From an uncultured Clostridia bacterium (lineage in GTDB: Bacteria; Bacillota; Clostridia; Christensenellales; Borkfalkiaceae), in contig CALWCE010000003.1 in the NCBI GenBank assembly GCA_944376295.1, positions 10,723 through 74,722 of the forward strand: a stretch of 64,000 nt of DNA, written 5' to 3'. The position numbers and the translations under genes were made by a program. The notes below the pieces were generated by a model. It ran no database searches. It was given only the letters and a program-made list of their open reading frames with translations, and was not told the origin of the DNA. Shown here piece after piece: positions 9,744 through 18,524 of the stretch (its first letter is position 1; each line of letters begins with the position of its first letter).

Positions 9744-12023
9744 ATGGATAAAAAACAATTTTTACAAGAGTTGAATGAACTCGATGTTGCGGGCAAAAGC
9801 GTGGCTCGGTTGTATTGCGATATTTCCGCACTCGCAATGAAGTATGTCGATTTCAACAAAAGAGCAAATCGATGCGTACATTACCTTTCTATCGAGTTTT
9901 TGATCGGGAGAGTGTTTTTTAATAACCTCTTAGAGCTGGGCGTGTTGGATGAAGTAAACGCCGTATTAAAGAAAAAGGGCGTGGATATTGCGCTGTTTGA
10001 AGAAATCGAAGACGCTGCTCTCGGAAACGGTGGCCTGGGCAGATTAGCTGCCTGCTATATGGATTCGGGTGCCGCCGTCGGATTGCCGTTGTACGGCTAC
10101 GGGATACGCTATAAATACGGTTTGTTCCGCCAAACTTTCGAGAATGGTTTTCAGAAGGAAGTTCCGGACGATTGGCAGAAGTTCGGCGATCCTTGGAGCG
10201 TGCGCAAAGAGAATGAAAGCCAGATCATCCATTTCGCAGATATGGATGTCACGGCAGTTCCGTATGATATGCCTTTGATCGGCAAGCGTATCAATGGGCT
10301 GCGCTTATATCAAGCAGAAGGAAGCGAAGCTGCCGAAAAGATCAGCGGAGTATTGTATCCCGACGATAGTTCCGAGGAAGGGAAATTGCTTCGCATTCGC
10401 CAGGAATATTTTCTTTCGGCAGCAGCGGTCGGGGATATCGTGCGCGAATATGAGAGTCGTCACGGAAACGATTTTCACTATTTCGCAAGAGAAAACTGCA
10501 TTCAGCTCAACGATACACACCCCGTATTTGCCATTCCGGAATTGATCCGCGTGCTGAAAACAAAGGGCTTGAGCTATCGTAAGGCATTAAACATTGCCCA
10601 AAAGGTTTTCAATTATACCAACCATACCATTCTTCCGGAAGCTCTCGAATGCTGGGATAAAAAGCTGCTCGTAAAGATCCTTCCCGATATCGTTTCTATT
10701 TTGCAAAAGATGGACCAAACGCAGAGCAGGAAACATCGAAAAGAGGGCTATTCTGAGGAAGAGATAGTCCAAACGCATATTTATGATAAAGGCAGCCGGC
10801 GTTTTTCCATGGCAAATACGGCAGTTTTTGTTTCCGAAAAAGTCAACGGCGTGGCGGAGATCCATTCCGAAATAATCAAGCGCGATTTATTTGCCGCCGA
10901 GTATGCACATCATCCGGATAAGTTCACCAATGTGACAAACGGCGTGGCACAGCGCCGTTGGCTGGAACTTGCAGATCCTGAATTATGCAGGATTATTGAC
11001 GAAAAGATCGGCCCGCATTGGCGTGAACATTTTGAAGAACTTGCCTCTTTTGCGCCTTATATCACGGATCCAGACGTTTTGGATGGCTTTGCGGCGGCAA
11101 AAGAAGAAAAAAAGGACCAGCTGTTTGCTTATATCGGCAAAACAGAGGGGGTCGAACTTGGCTGCGGTAAGCTTTTGTATGCGCAGGTCAAGCGGCTGCA
11201 TGAATATAAGCGGCAGCTGATGACGGCGTTCGTTCTCTTGCGCCTGTACTTTGATTTGAAGGAACACAAAATAGACGGCTTTGCACCGAGCGTGTTCTTA
11301 TTCGGCGCAAAGAGTGCCCCGGGCTATGCCCGAGCGAAGGGAATCATCAAGTACCTCAACGAGATCATCAAAAAGATCAATGCGGATGAGGATACGAAAG
11401 CATCGCTCTTGGGCGTTTTTGTCACGGAATACAATGTGTCATATGCCGAAAAAATCGTGGCTGCGACCGATGTTTCACTGCAAGTATCGACGGCAGGGCT
11501 TGAAGCGAGCGGCACAGGCAATATGAAATTCATGATGAATGGGGCCGTGACGCTCGGAACAATGGATGGTGCGAATATAGAAATCGTGGAAAAAGCGGGT
11601 GAAGAGAGTAACTATATCTTTGGTGCCCGTGTTGAAGAGATCGAACGGCTGCGGAAGGACGGATACGATCCCGTCGCATGGCTTAGGGAACATCCCGAAT
11701 GGATGCGCGTTGTCAGTACGCTTATAGACGGGACCTTTTCCGATGACGGCACAGGCATCTTCCGTGAGTTATATGATTCTCTCACGGTAGGGGCGAGCTG
11801 GCATCGACCCGATCATTATTTTATCTTCCGCGATGTCGATGAATATTACCGTGCAGTGCTCAAGGTAAACAAAGACTATCAGGAGCGCGAGAAGTTTGCG
11901 GGCAAACAGCTTGCGAATGTGGTAAATTCCTATTATTTCTCATCCGATCGTTCCGTTAAAGATTATGCCGAACGCATTTGGCATATCTCTGTAAAGAAGA
12001 CAAAAGTGGAGGAAAAATCGTGA
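9744..12023 (+). CDS. glgP: Alpha-glucan (glycogen/maltodextrin) phosphorylase, GT35
   Basis: 759-aa ORF with the PLP-lysine motif EASGTGNMKFMMNG and conserved LGNGGLGRLAAC near the N-terminus. Confidence 0.9.
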   Translation: MDKKQFLQELNELDVAGKSVARLYCDISALAMKYVDFNKRANRCVHYLSIEFLIGRVFFNNLLELGVLDEVNAVLKKKGVDIALFEEIEDAALGNGGLGRLAACYMDSGAAVGLPLYGYGIRYKYGLFRQTFENGFQKEVPDDWQKFGDPWSVRKENESQIIHFADMDVTAVPYDMPLIGKRINGLRLYQAEGSEAAEKISGVLYPDDSSEEGKLLRIRQEYFLSAAAVGDIVREYESRHGNDFHYFARENCIQLNDTHPVFAIPELIRVLKTKGLSYRKALNIAQKVFNYTNHTILPEALECWDKKLLVKILPDIVSILQKMDQTQSRKHRKEGYSEEEIVQTHIYDKGSRRFSMANTAVFVSEKVNGVAEIHSEIIKRDLFAAEYAHHPDKFTNVTNGVAQRRWLELADPELCRIIDEKIGPHWREHFEELASFAPYITDPDVLDGFAAAKEEKKDQLFAYIGKTEGVELGCGKLLYAQVKRLHEYKRQLMTAFVLLRLYFDLKEHKIDGFAPSVFLFGAKSAPGYARAKGIIKYLNEIIKKINADEDTKASLLGVFVTEYNVSYAEKIVAATDVSLQVSTAGLEASGTGNMKFMMNGAVTLGTMDGANIEIVEKAGEESNYIFGARVEEIERLRKDGYDPVAWLREHPEWMRVVSTLIDGTFSDDGTGIFRELYDSLTVGASWHRPDHYFIFRDVDEYYRAVLKVNKDYQEREKFAGKQLANVVNSYYFSSDRSVKDYAERIWHISVKKTKVEEKS

Positions 12024-13519
12024 CGGAGGAAAGAGCAGCGGGAGTATTGCTGCATATTTCATCACTTCCCGGAAAATATGGTATCGGCACATTTGGAGAT
12101 GAGGCCTATCGTTTCGTCGATCTGTTGTCGCAGATGAAGGTCAGATATTGGCAAATTTTGCCGCTGGTACAGACGGGATTTGGCGATTCTCCCTATCAGT
12201 CGGTCTACAGCGGATCGGGCAACCCCTATTTCATTGATCTTGAAATTTTAGAAGAGGAAGGACTGCTAAAACGTTCCGAGCTTGCAGAATGCCGTTACAA
12301 AAAGGCAAACGTCGACTATTCTTTTCTGTATAAAAAAAAATATGCCGTGCTGCGCCGCGCTTTTGAAAGGTTCGATCTGCAAAATACGGAATTCCGAGCC
12401 TTTGTAGAAGAGGGCGAGTTTGAAGGCTATGCGCTCTTTATGGCGTTAAAAAAGCAGTTTGCGCAAGTATCCTTCTATTATTGGCCGCGGGAATATAAAA
12501 AGGCGTCTCCCGCCGCATTAAAAAAGTTCAAAGAAGAAAACATGCGGGAATATTTGTTCTGGCAGTTTCTGCAATATGTATTCCGCAAGCAATGGCTGGC
12601 TCTGAAGAAGTATGCCAACGATAGAAATGTTCTCATCATCGGCGATCTGCCGCTCTATGTCGCGTATGACAGCGTAGACGTCTGGCAGCACCCCGAACTT
12701 TTCAAACTTAACAATGATCTGAGCCTCAAAGTGGTTGCAGGGGTGCCACCTGATTTCTTTTCCGAGACGGGGCAATTATGGGGCAACCCCGTATATCGCT
12801 GGTCTGCACATAAAAAAGACGGCTATTCCTGGTGGATCGAACGCCTTCGTCAGGCATATCGTCTCTACGATGTGGTGCGTCTCGATCATTTCCGCGGCTT
12901 CGACCGTTATTACGAGATCGGGGCAGACAGCCCCAATGCCGTACACGGCGTATGGCGAAGCGGCCCCAAGAGCGAACTCTTCCGCTTTGCCGAACAAAAG
13001 TTGGGCAAGCTGAATATCATCGCCGAAGACTTAGGGGTGCAGGATGCCGGCGTGCGCCGTTTGGTGCGTGAAACCGGTTATCCGCGCATGAAGATCATGG
13101 GCTTTGCCTTTGACGGAGATCCTAAGAATCCGTATTTGCCGAAATACATCGAAGAGAACTCCGTGTGCTATACGGGAACGCACGACAACGATACCATGCT
13201 CGGCTTTCTGTATGCCATGAAGCCGAAGCAGTACGCGGCGTTTCACAATGGCGTTTCAAAAACGCTTACGGAGCTTGGCGAAACGATGCCCCTTGCCAAT
13301 AAGAAACAAGTCGTACGCGCGGTCGTCAAGATCGCCATGCTCTGCCCATCGTGGCTTACGGTCATTCCAATGCAGGATATCCTCGTGCAGAATAACCGTT
13401 CGCGCATGAATCTTCCGGGTACAGTCGGCGAAAATTGGAAATATCGCTTAAAGCATCGCCTGTCGGCAGAGGAACTGGCTTTTTTCGGCGAGCTCGTTGT
13501 TGCGTCCGATCGGGCATAA
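12020..13519 (+). CDS. malQ: 4-alpha-glucanotransferase (amylomaltase, GH77)
   Basis: Motifs GVLLHISSLPGKYGIGTFG, RLDHFRGF, YTGTHDNDT. The likely GTG start at 12020 overlaps the glgP stop (GTGA) and has a GGAGG RBS ~7 nt upstream. Confidence 0.9.
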   Translation: MTEERAAGVLLHISSLPGKYGIGTFGDEAYRFVDLLSQMKVRYWQILPLVQTGFGDSPYQSVYSGSGNPYFIDLEILEEEGLLKRSELAECRYKKANVDYSFLYKKKYAVLRRAFERFDLQNTEFRAFVEEGEFEGYALFMALKKQFAQVSFYYWPREYKKASPAALKKFKEENMREYLFWQFLQYVFRKQWLALKKYANDRNVLIIGDLPLYVAYDSVDVWQHPELFKLNNDLSLKVVAGVPPDFFSETGQLWGNPVYRWSAHKKDGYSWWIERLRQAYRLYDVVRLDHFRGFDRYYEIGADSPNAVHGVWRSGPKSELFRFAEQKLGKLNIIAEDLGVQDAGVRRLVRETGYPRMKIMGFAFDGDPKNPYLPKYIEENSVCYTGTHDNDTMLGFLYAMKPKQYAAFHNGVSKTLTELGETMPLANKKQVVRAVVKIAMLCPSWLTVIPMQDILVQNNRSRMNLPGTVGENWKYRLKHRLSAEELAFFGELVVASDRA

Positions 13520-13556
13520 AGTTCAGTAAAAAAACGCCGATATCGCGGGTACGGTG

Positions 13557-14243
13557 CTACTTTGAAGCGAGCGCCAAAAGATAATTTGCCATTTCTCGAA
13601 ACGACTCCGTTGCGAAGTCGGCAAGGCCTGTGGCGGCGGAGAGGCTGTCTTGCGCGGGGGAAAGATTGCTGTAAATATAGGCGGTCTTCCACCCTACACG
13701 CTTGGCTCCCTCGATGTCTGCCGCAAGGTCGTTGCCAATGTAAATGGTTTCGGAAGGATCGAGTTTATATCGCTGCATGAGATGTGTAAAGAAGGCCGCA
13801 GAGGGCTTTTTCTTCCCGAATTCGGAAGAAAGCACTATGCCGTTGAAGCAGGGCGTCAGGCGCAGCATATCTAGCTCTTTTCTTGTAAAGCACGCCTGGG
13901 CGTTGGAAAGCAGATAGACCTTTGCGCCGTGCCGCGCGAGCTCTCGCAGCAAGGGGCGTACACCGCAATAGACTCTTAAAAAAGCGCGTGATTTTTTCCG
14001 ATAGAGCGCTGCCGCTTGGGCTGCGGCGTCATTTTCGAAGATACTGCAAAATGCGGGAAAGAAGTCGGGCTCATCATCTTCTGCCGAGGAGTAAGGCGCT
14101 ACTGCTTGCAGCTGCTTGCAAAAATGCGCAATGCCGAATTTACGCAGCATCAGGGCATCCGTCTTTTTTCGGAAGCGGGCAGAAGTCTCGTCGGTGCGGA
14201 TATCCGCCAGCGTTCCGTATAAGTCAAATACAAAATTTTTCAT
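13557..14243 (-). CDS. HAD-superfamily hydrolase
   Basis: 228-aa ORF with motif I FDLYGTLADI and motif IV-like YIGNDLAADIEGA. Confidence 0.75.
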   Translation of the reverse strand: MKNFVFDLYGTLADIRTDETSARFRKKTDALMLRKFGIAHFCKQLQAVAPYSSAEDDEPDFFPAFCSIFENDAAAQAAALYRKKSRAFLRVYCGVRPLLRELARHGAKVYLLSNAQACFTRKELDMLRLTPCFNGIVLSSEFGKKKPSAAFFTHLMQRYKLDPSETIYIGNDLAADIEGAKRVGWKTAYIYSNLSPAQDSLSAATGLADFATESFREMANYLLALASK

Positions 14244-14416
14244 ATCCTCTCCACTCCTTGATTATATCATATCGGGCGGGCGCCCGTCAACAAGGGGGGT
14301 AGAATTTTTTAGAAGTAATATTTTTAGGGGAAATATGGCGCCGCCGTGCGCAAAACAGTGCGGCATCGCTGCACTTGTGACGTAAAAATTTTTTTCGGAA
14401 AAATCACACGGAACCC

Positions 14417-14445
14417 TTGACAATATCGTGATAGCACGATATAAT
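14417..14445 (+). promoter_or_regulatory. Consensus sigma-70 promoter upstream of tnpV (relic copy)
   Basis: TTGACA 14417-14422, 17-nt spacer, TATAAT 14440-14445. It is preceded by the inverted repeat TTTTTCgGAAAAA at 14391-14403. Confidence 0.5.
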
Positions 14446-14476
14446 AGGAGCACAATCTCAGAAAGGAGGCACAGTC

Positions 14477-14830
14477 ATGAACGCACAGGAGATCATTGCC
14501 AAAGCAGACAGGGGAGAGGGGCTGACCGTAGAAGAGATCAAAGTCTATCGGCAAGCAGTCAAGCCTGTCAAGCACACCTACGGCAAGTACGGAACGCTGA
14601 AGCGGCAGTATTTGGAAGAAAGGGGTATCGACTGGACGATTGCCGATCTTCCCGAATATCTGCACGGCATCGACCGTCAGGCGGACGAGTTGTATGAAAT
14701 CATGTATGCGAAGCTCTCCAAAGATGAACGTTACAAACGGACGGGCAACTTCATGGAGGACTACCGCAGGCAGACGGAGATACAGAGTCTCATAGAGGAG
14801 GAGATCCTCAATGAGCTTGTATATGTCTGA
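14477..14830 (+). CDS. tnpV: TnpV-family protein (relic copy)
   Basis: 117 aa with the TnpV-like pattern YGKYGTLKRQYLEE...IDRQADE...EEEILNELVYV. 114/117 aa are identical to the copy at 48632..48985. A GGAGG RBS is present. Confidence 0.7.
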   Translation: MNAQEIIAKADRGEGLTVEEIKVYRQAVKPVKHTYGKYGTLKRQYLEERGIDWTIADLPEYLHGIDRQADELYEIMYAKLSKDERYKRTGNFMEDYRRQTEIQSLIEEEILNELVYV

Positions 14831-14970
14831 GCCAACATTTATCCCGCAATACGGCGTCAGGGTTACGGGTCTGCTCGGTTACATACGTTTGAGTATGCGC
14901 CCTCGCAGCATTCCGCCCCTTCCTTGTCTTGCGGGCGACTGTTGACTCATAGAAAAGCGGAGGTTATAAT

Positions 14971-15090
14971 ATGAAAGCTGTTTTGAAATTTGGGAAAGGG
15001 CTTCTGAAAGCGTTGTTTATAGGCGTTGTCGCTGTCGGGGCGTTTATCATGAACTGCATCGGAGCAATGATCTGTGCGATCACGGAATGA
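14971..15090 (+). CDS. Small hydrophobic peptide (39 aa), conserved with 49128..49250
   Basis: MKAVLKFGKGLLKALFIGVVAVGAFIMNCIGAMICAITE. A GGAGG RBS lies 8 nt upstream. 26/39 aa are identical to the second copy although the DNA diverges here. Confidence 0.4.
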   Translation: MKAVLKFGKGLLKALFIGVVAVGAFIMNCIGAMICAITE

Positions 15091-15099
15091 GAGGATACT

Positions 15100-15336
15100 A
15101 TGGCAAAGAAAGAAGATACGCCGATCCGCCGCGCGCGCCGAAATTATGAGGCGCGGAATAAAGAGGAACGGGAGCAGGCGACAAAGCAATACAATACGCG
15201 GCTTCCGAGGTGGCTGCACGACGAGATCTGTGCCTTTCTCAAAAAGAACAGGATAACCAAGGTGGAGCTGATCGTTGCAGGGTATCAAGCCCTGCTCGAT
15301 CACTACGGCCCGAACAAACAACAGGATAAGCAATAA
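15100..15336 (+). CDS. Putative ribbon-helix-helix DNA-binding protein (relic copy)
   Basis: 78 aa with a beta-alpha-alpha pattern YNTRLPRWLHDEICAFLKKNRITKVELIVAGYQALL. Only 44/78 aa are identical to the paralogue at 49261..49497. Confidence 0.5.
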   Translation: MAKKEDTPIRRARRNYEARNKEEREQATKQYNTRLPRWLHDEICAFLKKNRITKVELIVAGYQALLDHYGPNKQQDKQ

Positions 15337-15516
15337 GTTTGAGAGCGCAAGGACTACGGCCCTTGCGCTCCTGCTATTATCAAGACAATAAAATACCATG
15401 CCGAACGACATAAGGAAGAAAACGACATCGGGAAGATGGAGCGTAACGGACTTATGCCGCCGCGCTTCGTCTTTCCTTATCATATAAAACAAACAGATGA
15501 AACGGGAGGCGTTAGA

Positions 15517-15876
15517 ATGTTGCGAAGTATAAAAAGAGTATTGCAAGAGGGTAAAACAGTTATTTGCGATCGATACATATATACCTCAGTGGCTAATATG
15601 GAGTCACGAGGATATGATAAGGAGCTGTGGTTTTATAAAGCTGCAACCAATATTATTCGACCTGACTTGTGTATTCTTGCATATGTGGAACCTGAGCTTG
15701 CTGTGAACCGTATCAGGTCTCGACCGGAAGAGGCTCGGCGGCACCTGGATGAAGAGCTGCTTCATAAAGTTGCAACATATTTTCTGGAGCATGCGGAGCA
15801 GTATCGTATGGTAATTGCAAGGACAGATCGGGGTGCGGAAATGGTGTTTTCAGATTTGCTACCATGGCCTGAATGA
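15517..15876 (+). pseudogene. Chimeric ORF: first 8 codons of xis fused to a thymidylate-kinase-like C-terminal fragment
   Basis: MLRSIKRV matches the xis start at 49678. After nt 15542 the sequence switches to LQEGKTVICDRYIYTSVA...PDLCILAYVEPELAVNRIRSR, which is dTMP-kinase-like (DRY motif) but lacks the N-terminal P-loop. Confidence 0.55.
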
Positions 15877-16249
15877 GTATGTCGCAGAGAACGATCTCCA
15901 AATCGATTACCATTCTGTTATGCAGGGAGATACGATCAATCTATCTGTTATGGATACATACTTAGACAATGAAGTACCGGTTCTGTTATTGTGTGAAACA
16001 TATAATATTGTCACTTTGATCAAAGATGAAGGCGATAGAATCGAATTATCGAAGATCAATAGCGATATTGCACATATGATGGTGGCTTATGGTTACGAAC
16101 AATATTCATATTATCGAAATGGCGTCAAATTACGCACAGACACCTATTTGAAAGTAGCATCCGGTGTTAATGGAGGGGAACTCTGTTATGCGAAATTAGA
16201 CGACGATATGGAATTGGTTGAAGCGTGGGCGATCGAAATTTATGAATAA
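15815..16249 (+). pseudogene. Probable fragment of a papain-like cysteine peptidase (C-terminal His region only)
   Basis: The AHMMVAYGY motif resembles the catalytic-His strand of papain-fold peptidases. No upstream Cys-containing half exists in frame. The region is AT-rich. Confidence 0.3.
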
Positions 16250-16958
16250 AAGAGACGGATATATAGATGATAAAAAAATAGAGGAGTACTTATCATCGAT
16301 CCCGGAACAACTCAAGGAGTCAGATGATTTCATGTTGGCGCAGAAGGGATTGGAGCATCTTCAAGAGAATAGATCTTTTGAAAGCGGCGACGTTTTAATT
16401 AAAGTAAAGCGTCGAAGCATTGTGTGCGTTGGTATTGTCGGAGTAATCATTCTGCTCATTGCAGCTATTATAATCGGGATAACAGTAGGGGAAAAGAGCT
16501 CACAAACCTTCTATGATGAGACGCTGATGTATCCCCAAGAGATTTTATCAGTACAAGATTATAATATAAATAATGGGACAAGTTTTCTAAATCTCGACGA
16601 CCATAGTGACATAATATCAAGCGCCTACACTAGTTGGCGGTTTGAGGAAGATGATAGCTTAGCTTATATAATATCCAACACATCGATTCGGTCGGAAACA
16701 AGTTACAGTGAGATCAGATATTATATTAAAGAGGTTGCGCAAGAGCTATCGGTTTTCAAACAATATGAATTAGCGGATGAGAATATTGCGATTGACGGAA
16801 TAGAAGTCAGCTTTGTATCGGAGATAATCAATCAGGTCATATACCATGTGGACGCGAAGTTTATCTATGAGGAAGTTTACTACTATCTGACGATCGATTC
16901 AACGGATGAAAATTGTCTGGAAAATACCGTAAGGTTGTTACTTGAGTCTGCAAAGTAA
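16242..16958 (+). CDS. Single-pass membrane protein of unknown function
   Basis: ~238 aa with a cytoplasmic N-terminus, the TM helix IVCVGIVGVIILLIAAIIIGITV, and an extracellular domain. The start is uncertain (ATG 16242 overlaps the upstream stop; TTG 16218 in the track). AT-rich. Confidence 0.45.
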   Translation: MNKRDGYIDDKKIEEYLSSIPEQLKESDDFMLAQKGLEHLQENRSFESGDVLIKVKRRSIVCVGIVGVIILLIAAIIIGITVGEKSSQTFYDETLMYPQEILSVQDYNINNGTSFLNLDDHSDIISSAYTSWRFEEDDSLAYIISNTSIRSETSYSEIRYYIKEVAQELSVFKQYELADENIAIDGIEVSFVSEIINQVIYHVDAKFIYEEVYYYLTIDSTDENCLENTVRLLLESAK

Positions 16959-16965
16959 ACGAAAG

Positions 16966-16989
16966 GGGGTGCCTGTGGCACCTCTTTTT
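16966..16989 (+). terminator. Rho-independent terminator
   Basis: GGGGTGCC-tgt-GGCACCTC stem (one G.U pair) followed by TTTTT. Confidence 0.65.
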
Positions 16990-17102
16990 CTGTAAAATAG
17001 ATATTATATCACAAGATATATGACAGACGTGCGCCGGTATATAAAAGATTTTTGCGGCTTGAAAAAATAATTTTTTGTCTCGGAAAAATTGCCTTTTTTC
17101 TC

Positions 17103-17131
17103 TTGACTTTTCCCCATGGAGGTGGTAAGAT
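17103..17131 (+). promoter_or_regulatory. Candidate promoter at the ICE left end
   Basis: TTGACT 17103-17108, 17-nt spacer, TAAGAT 17126-17131. It is preceded by a degenerate TTTTTT..CGGAAAAAT motif like those at 14391 and 48543. Confidence 0.4.
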
Positions 17132-17232
17132 AGGAACAGAAACAAACAAACGTTCGCATTTGAGCGGTTGTTTGTGAGATCGGTATCCCCGTTGCCGTCT
17201 CAACATGATCTTTGCTTTGGAGGTGATCTAAG

Positions 17233-17403
17233 TTGTGTAAACGAATGGTGCTAAAGTGTCCGTTCTGCGGCGCGACGCTATTGAAGGTAAGTATTTGCAA
17301 AGAGGTTGAGATCGAGTGCAGGGAGTGCGGTGCATCGCTGCTGATCTCGAAAGAGGAAAGCGGGTCCTGCGTGGTAAGCGCAAGACCGAGGAAAGCAAGC
17401 TAA
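17233..17403 (+). CDS. Small zinc-ribbon protein (Com-like, CxxC...CxxC)
   Basis: This ORF is not in the track (<60 aa). Sequence: (L)CKRMVLKCPFCGATLLKVSICKEVEIECRECGASLLISKEESGSCVVSARPRKAS. A GGAGG RBS at 17219-17223 lies 9 nt before TTG 17233; the alternative start is ATG 17245. Confidence 0.45.
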   Translation: MCKRMVLKCPFCGATLLKVSICKEVEIECRECGASLLISKEESGSCVVSARPRKAS

Positions 17404-17712
17404 TTCATGAGACAACTGAATAAGAATTAAAACGTATCACGTTCGTGGACAGAGGCAGTATAGAACCATAAGACCGAACTGCGCGGCGTGATATAAGTTG
17501 TGCAGAAACAGAAGCTATCCGTAAAAAGAAGTTATCCACGCCTCACAAGGATCTAACCCATATAGGGCTTTATTCTTGTGGGGCGTATTTTTTTGCGCCT
17601 TTTTGCGCCCGATCGCGGTTTGATCCGACCGCAGTCGGGCGTTTTTCATAGTTACGGGGCGGATCCGTCCGATTGCGTTTTTCAAAGAAAAATCAAATCG
17701 GAGGATCCAAAC

Positions 17713-18201
17713 ATGGAATGGAACAACGGCAAAGAACGTGCGCTCTTTCATAAAGAGCAAGCAGAACTTCGCAAGCAGTATCTTGCGGCAGGTATGACGG
17801 AAGAGCAGATACAAGCGCTTCATGCGTTTGACCGCGAATGGTATAAAAGCCGCCGCAGGGAAGCGGTACATACGCAGCGTCTGGATATTCAGACGAGCGA
17901 AGATGAGGACATCAATAAGGACAATCCTCTCTACAAGAAGTTTTTTGAAAAGCTGGCGGTAGAGGACAACCATGCCGACTATTCAAGATACGGGTGGATC
18001 GATGAACTTGAAAACGAAGAATTGGCAAAGGCGGTAAATGCTCTATCCGATGCCGACAAAGAGATTTTGACGATGTGGATAGAGGGCTTTCATCAGAATG
18101 AGATTGCAGTCTGTTTTGGCGTGAAAAAGGCGGCGCTTTCTCGAAAAATGGGACGGATAAAAAATTTTTTAAGAAATTTTCTTTCCGATGTAAACTTTTA
18201 G
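17713..18201 (+). CDS. Sigma-70 region-4-like HTH regulator (ICE regulatory protein)
   Basis: The C-terminus LSDADKEILTMWIEGFHQNEIAVCFGVKKAALSRKMGRIKNFL resembles sigma region 4 / LuxR-type HTH. A GGAGG RBS precedes the ATG at 17713. Confidence 0.5.
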   Translation: MEWNNGKERALFHKEQAELRKQYLAAGMTEEQIQALHAFDREWYKSRRREAVHTQRLDIQTSEDEDINKDNPLYKKFFEKLAVEDNHADYSRYGWIDELENEELAKAVNALSDADKEILTMWIEGFHQNEIAVCFGVKKAALSRKMGRIKNFLRNFLSDVNF

Positions 18202-18263
18202 CCCTCTCACTTGGCTACCTATTGAGGGGGAAAAACGAATCTTCCTTCAAAGGAGCAAGGAAC

Positions 18264-18524
18264 ATGAAGCTGAACATTGCAGGGTGCAGGGCATTTATCG
18301 AGCGAAACGGAATTGAGGACTATCAGGCGCTTTCGTCTGTGTTGGGCGTCAGCGTATCCGTTTTGAAGCTGCTCGAACAGGGCGGCAGGATCGGATACGA
18401 TGCCGTGCGGGAGATATACAACGATCTCGGTGAACAGACCGTTACGGAGCTCATCGACTTTGAGGAGGAAACATTAGATGGCTTCAAAAGCAAGTATATC
18501 CAAGTCGGCGATGCCTTGTATTGA
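18264..18524 (+). CDS. Small HTH-domain protein
   Basis: 86 aa; YQALSSVLGVSVSVLKLLEQGGRIGYDAVREIY looks like an Xre-type HTH. Confidence 0.4.
   Translation: MKLNIAGCRAFIERNGIEDYQALSSVLGVSVSVLKLLEQGGRIGYDAVREIYNDLGEQTVTELIDFEEETLDGFKSKYIQVGDALY

Larger units (their letters stand above)
14361..15542 (+). repeat. Copy 1 of a ~1.2-kb direct repeat; relic of the right-end module of a sibling ICE (pairs with 48481..49703)
   Basis: Alignable by eye to 48481..49703. It starts with the last 25 nt of the pilin-fusion gene (cggcatcgctgcacttgtRacgtaa) and ends 26 nt into xis (identity stops after ...aaaaagagtatt at 15542 / 49703). Confidence 0.85.

Noticed and set aside
17608-17621. 14-nt exact match cccgatcgcggttt with 51727-51740, placed near both ends of the mobile region
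   Set aside because: Several 14-mer matches are expected by chance in a 64-kb GC-rich window. The flanking sequence is unrelated, and using these as ends would put the tRNA inside the element.
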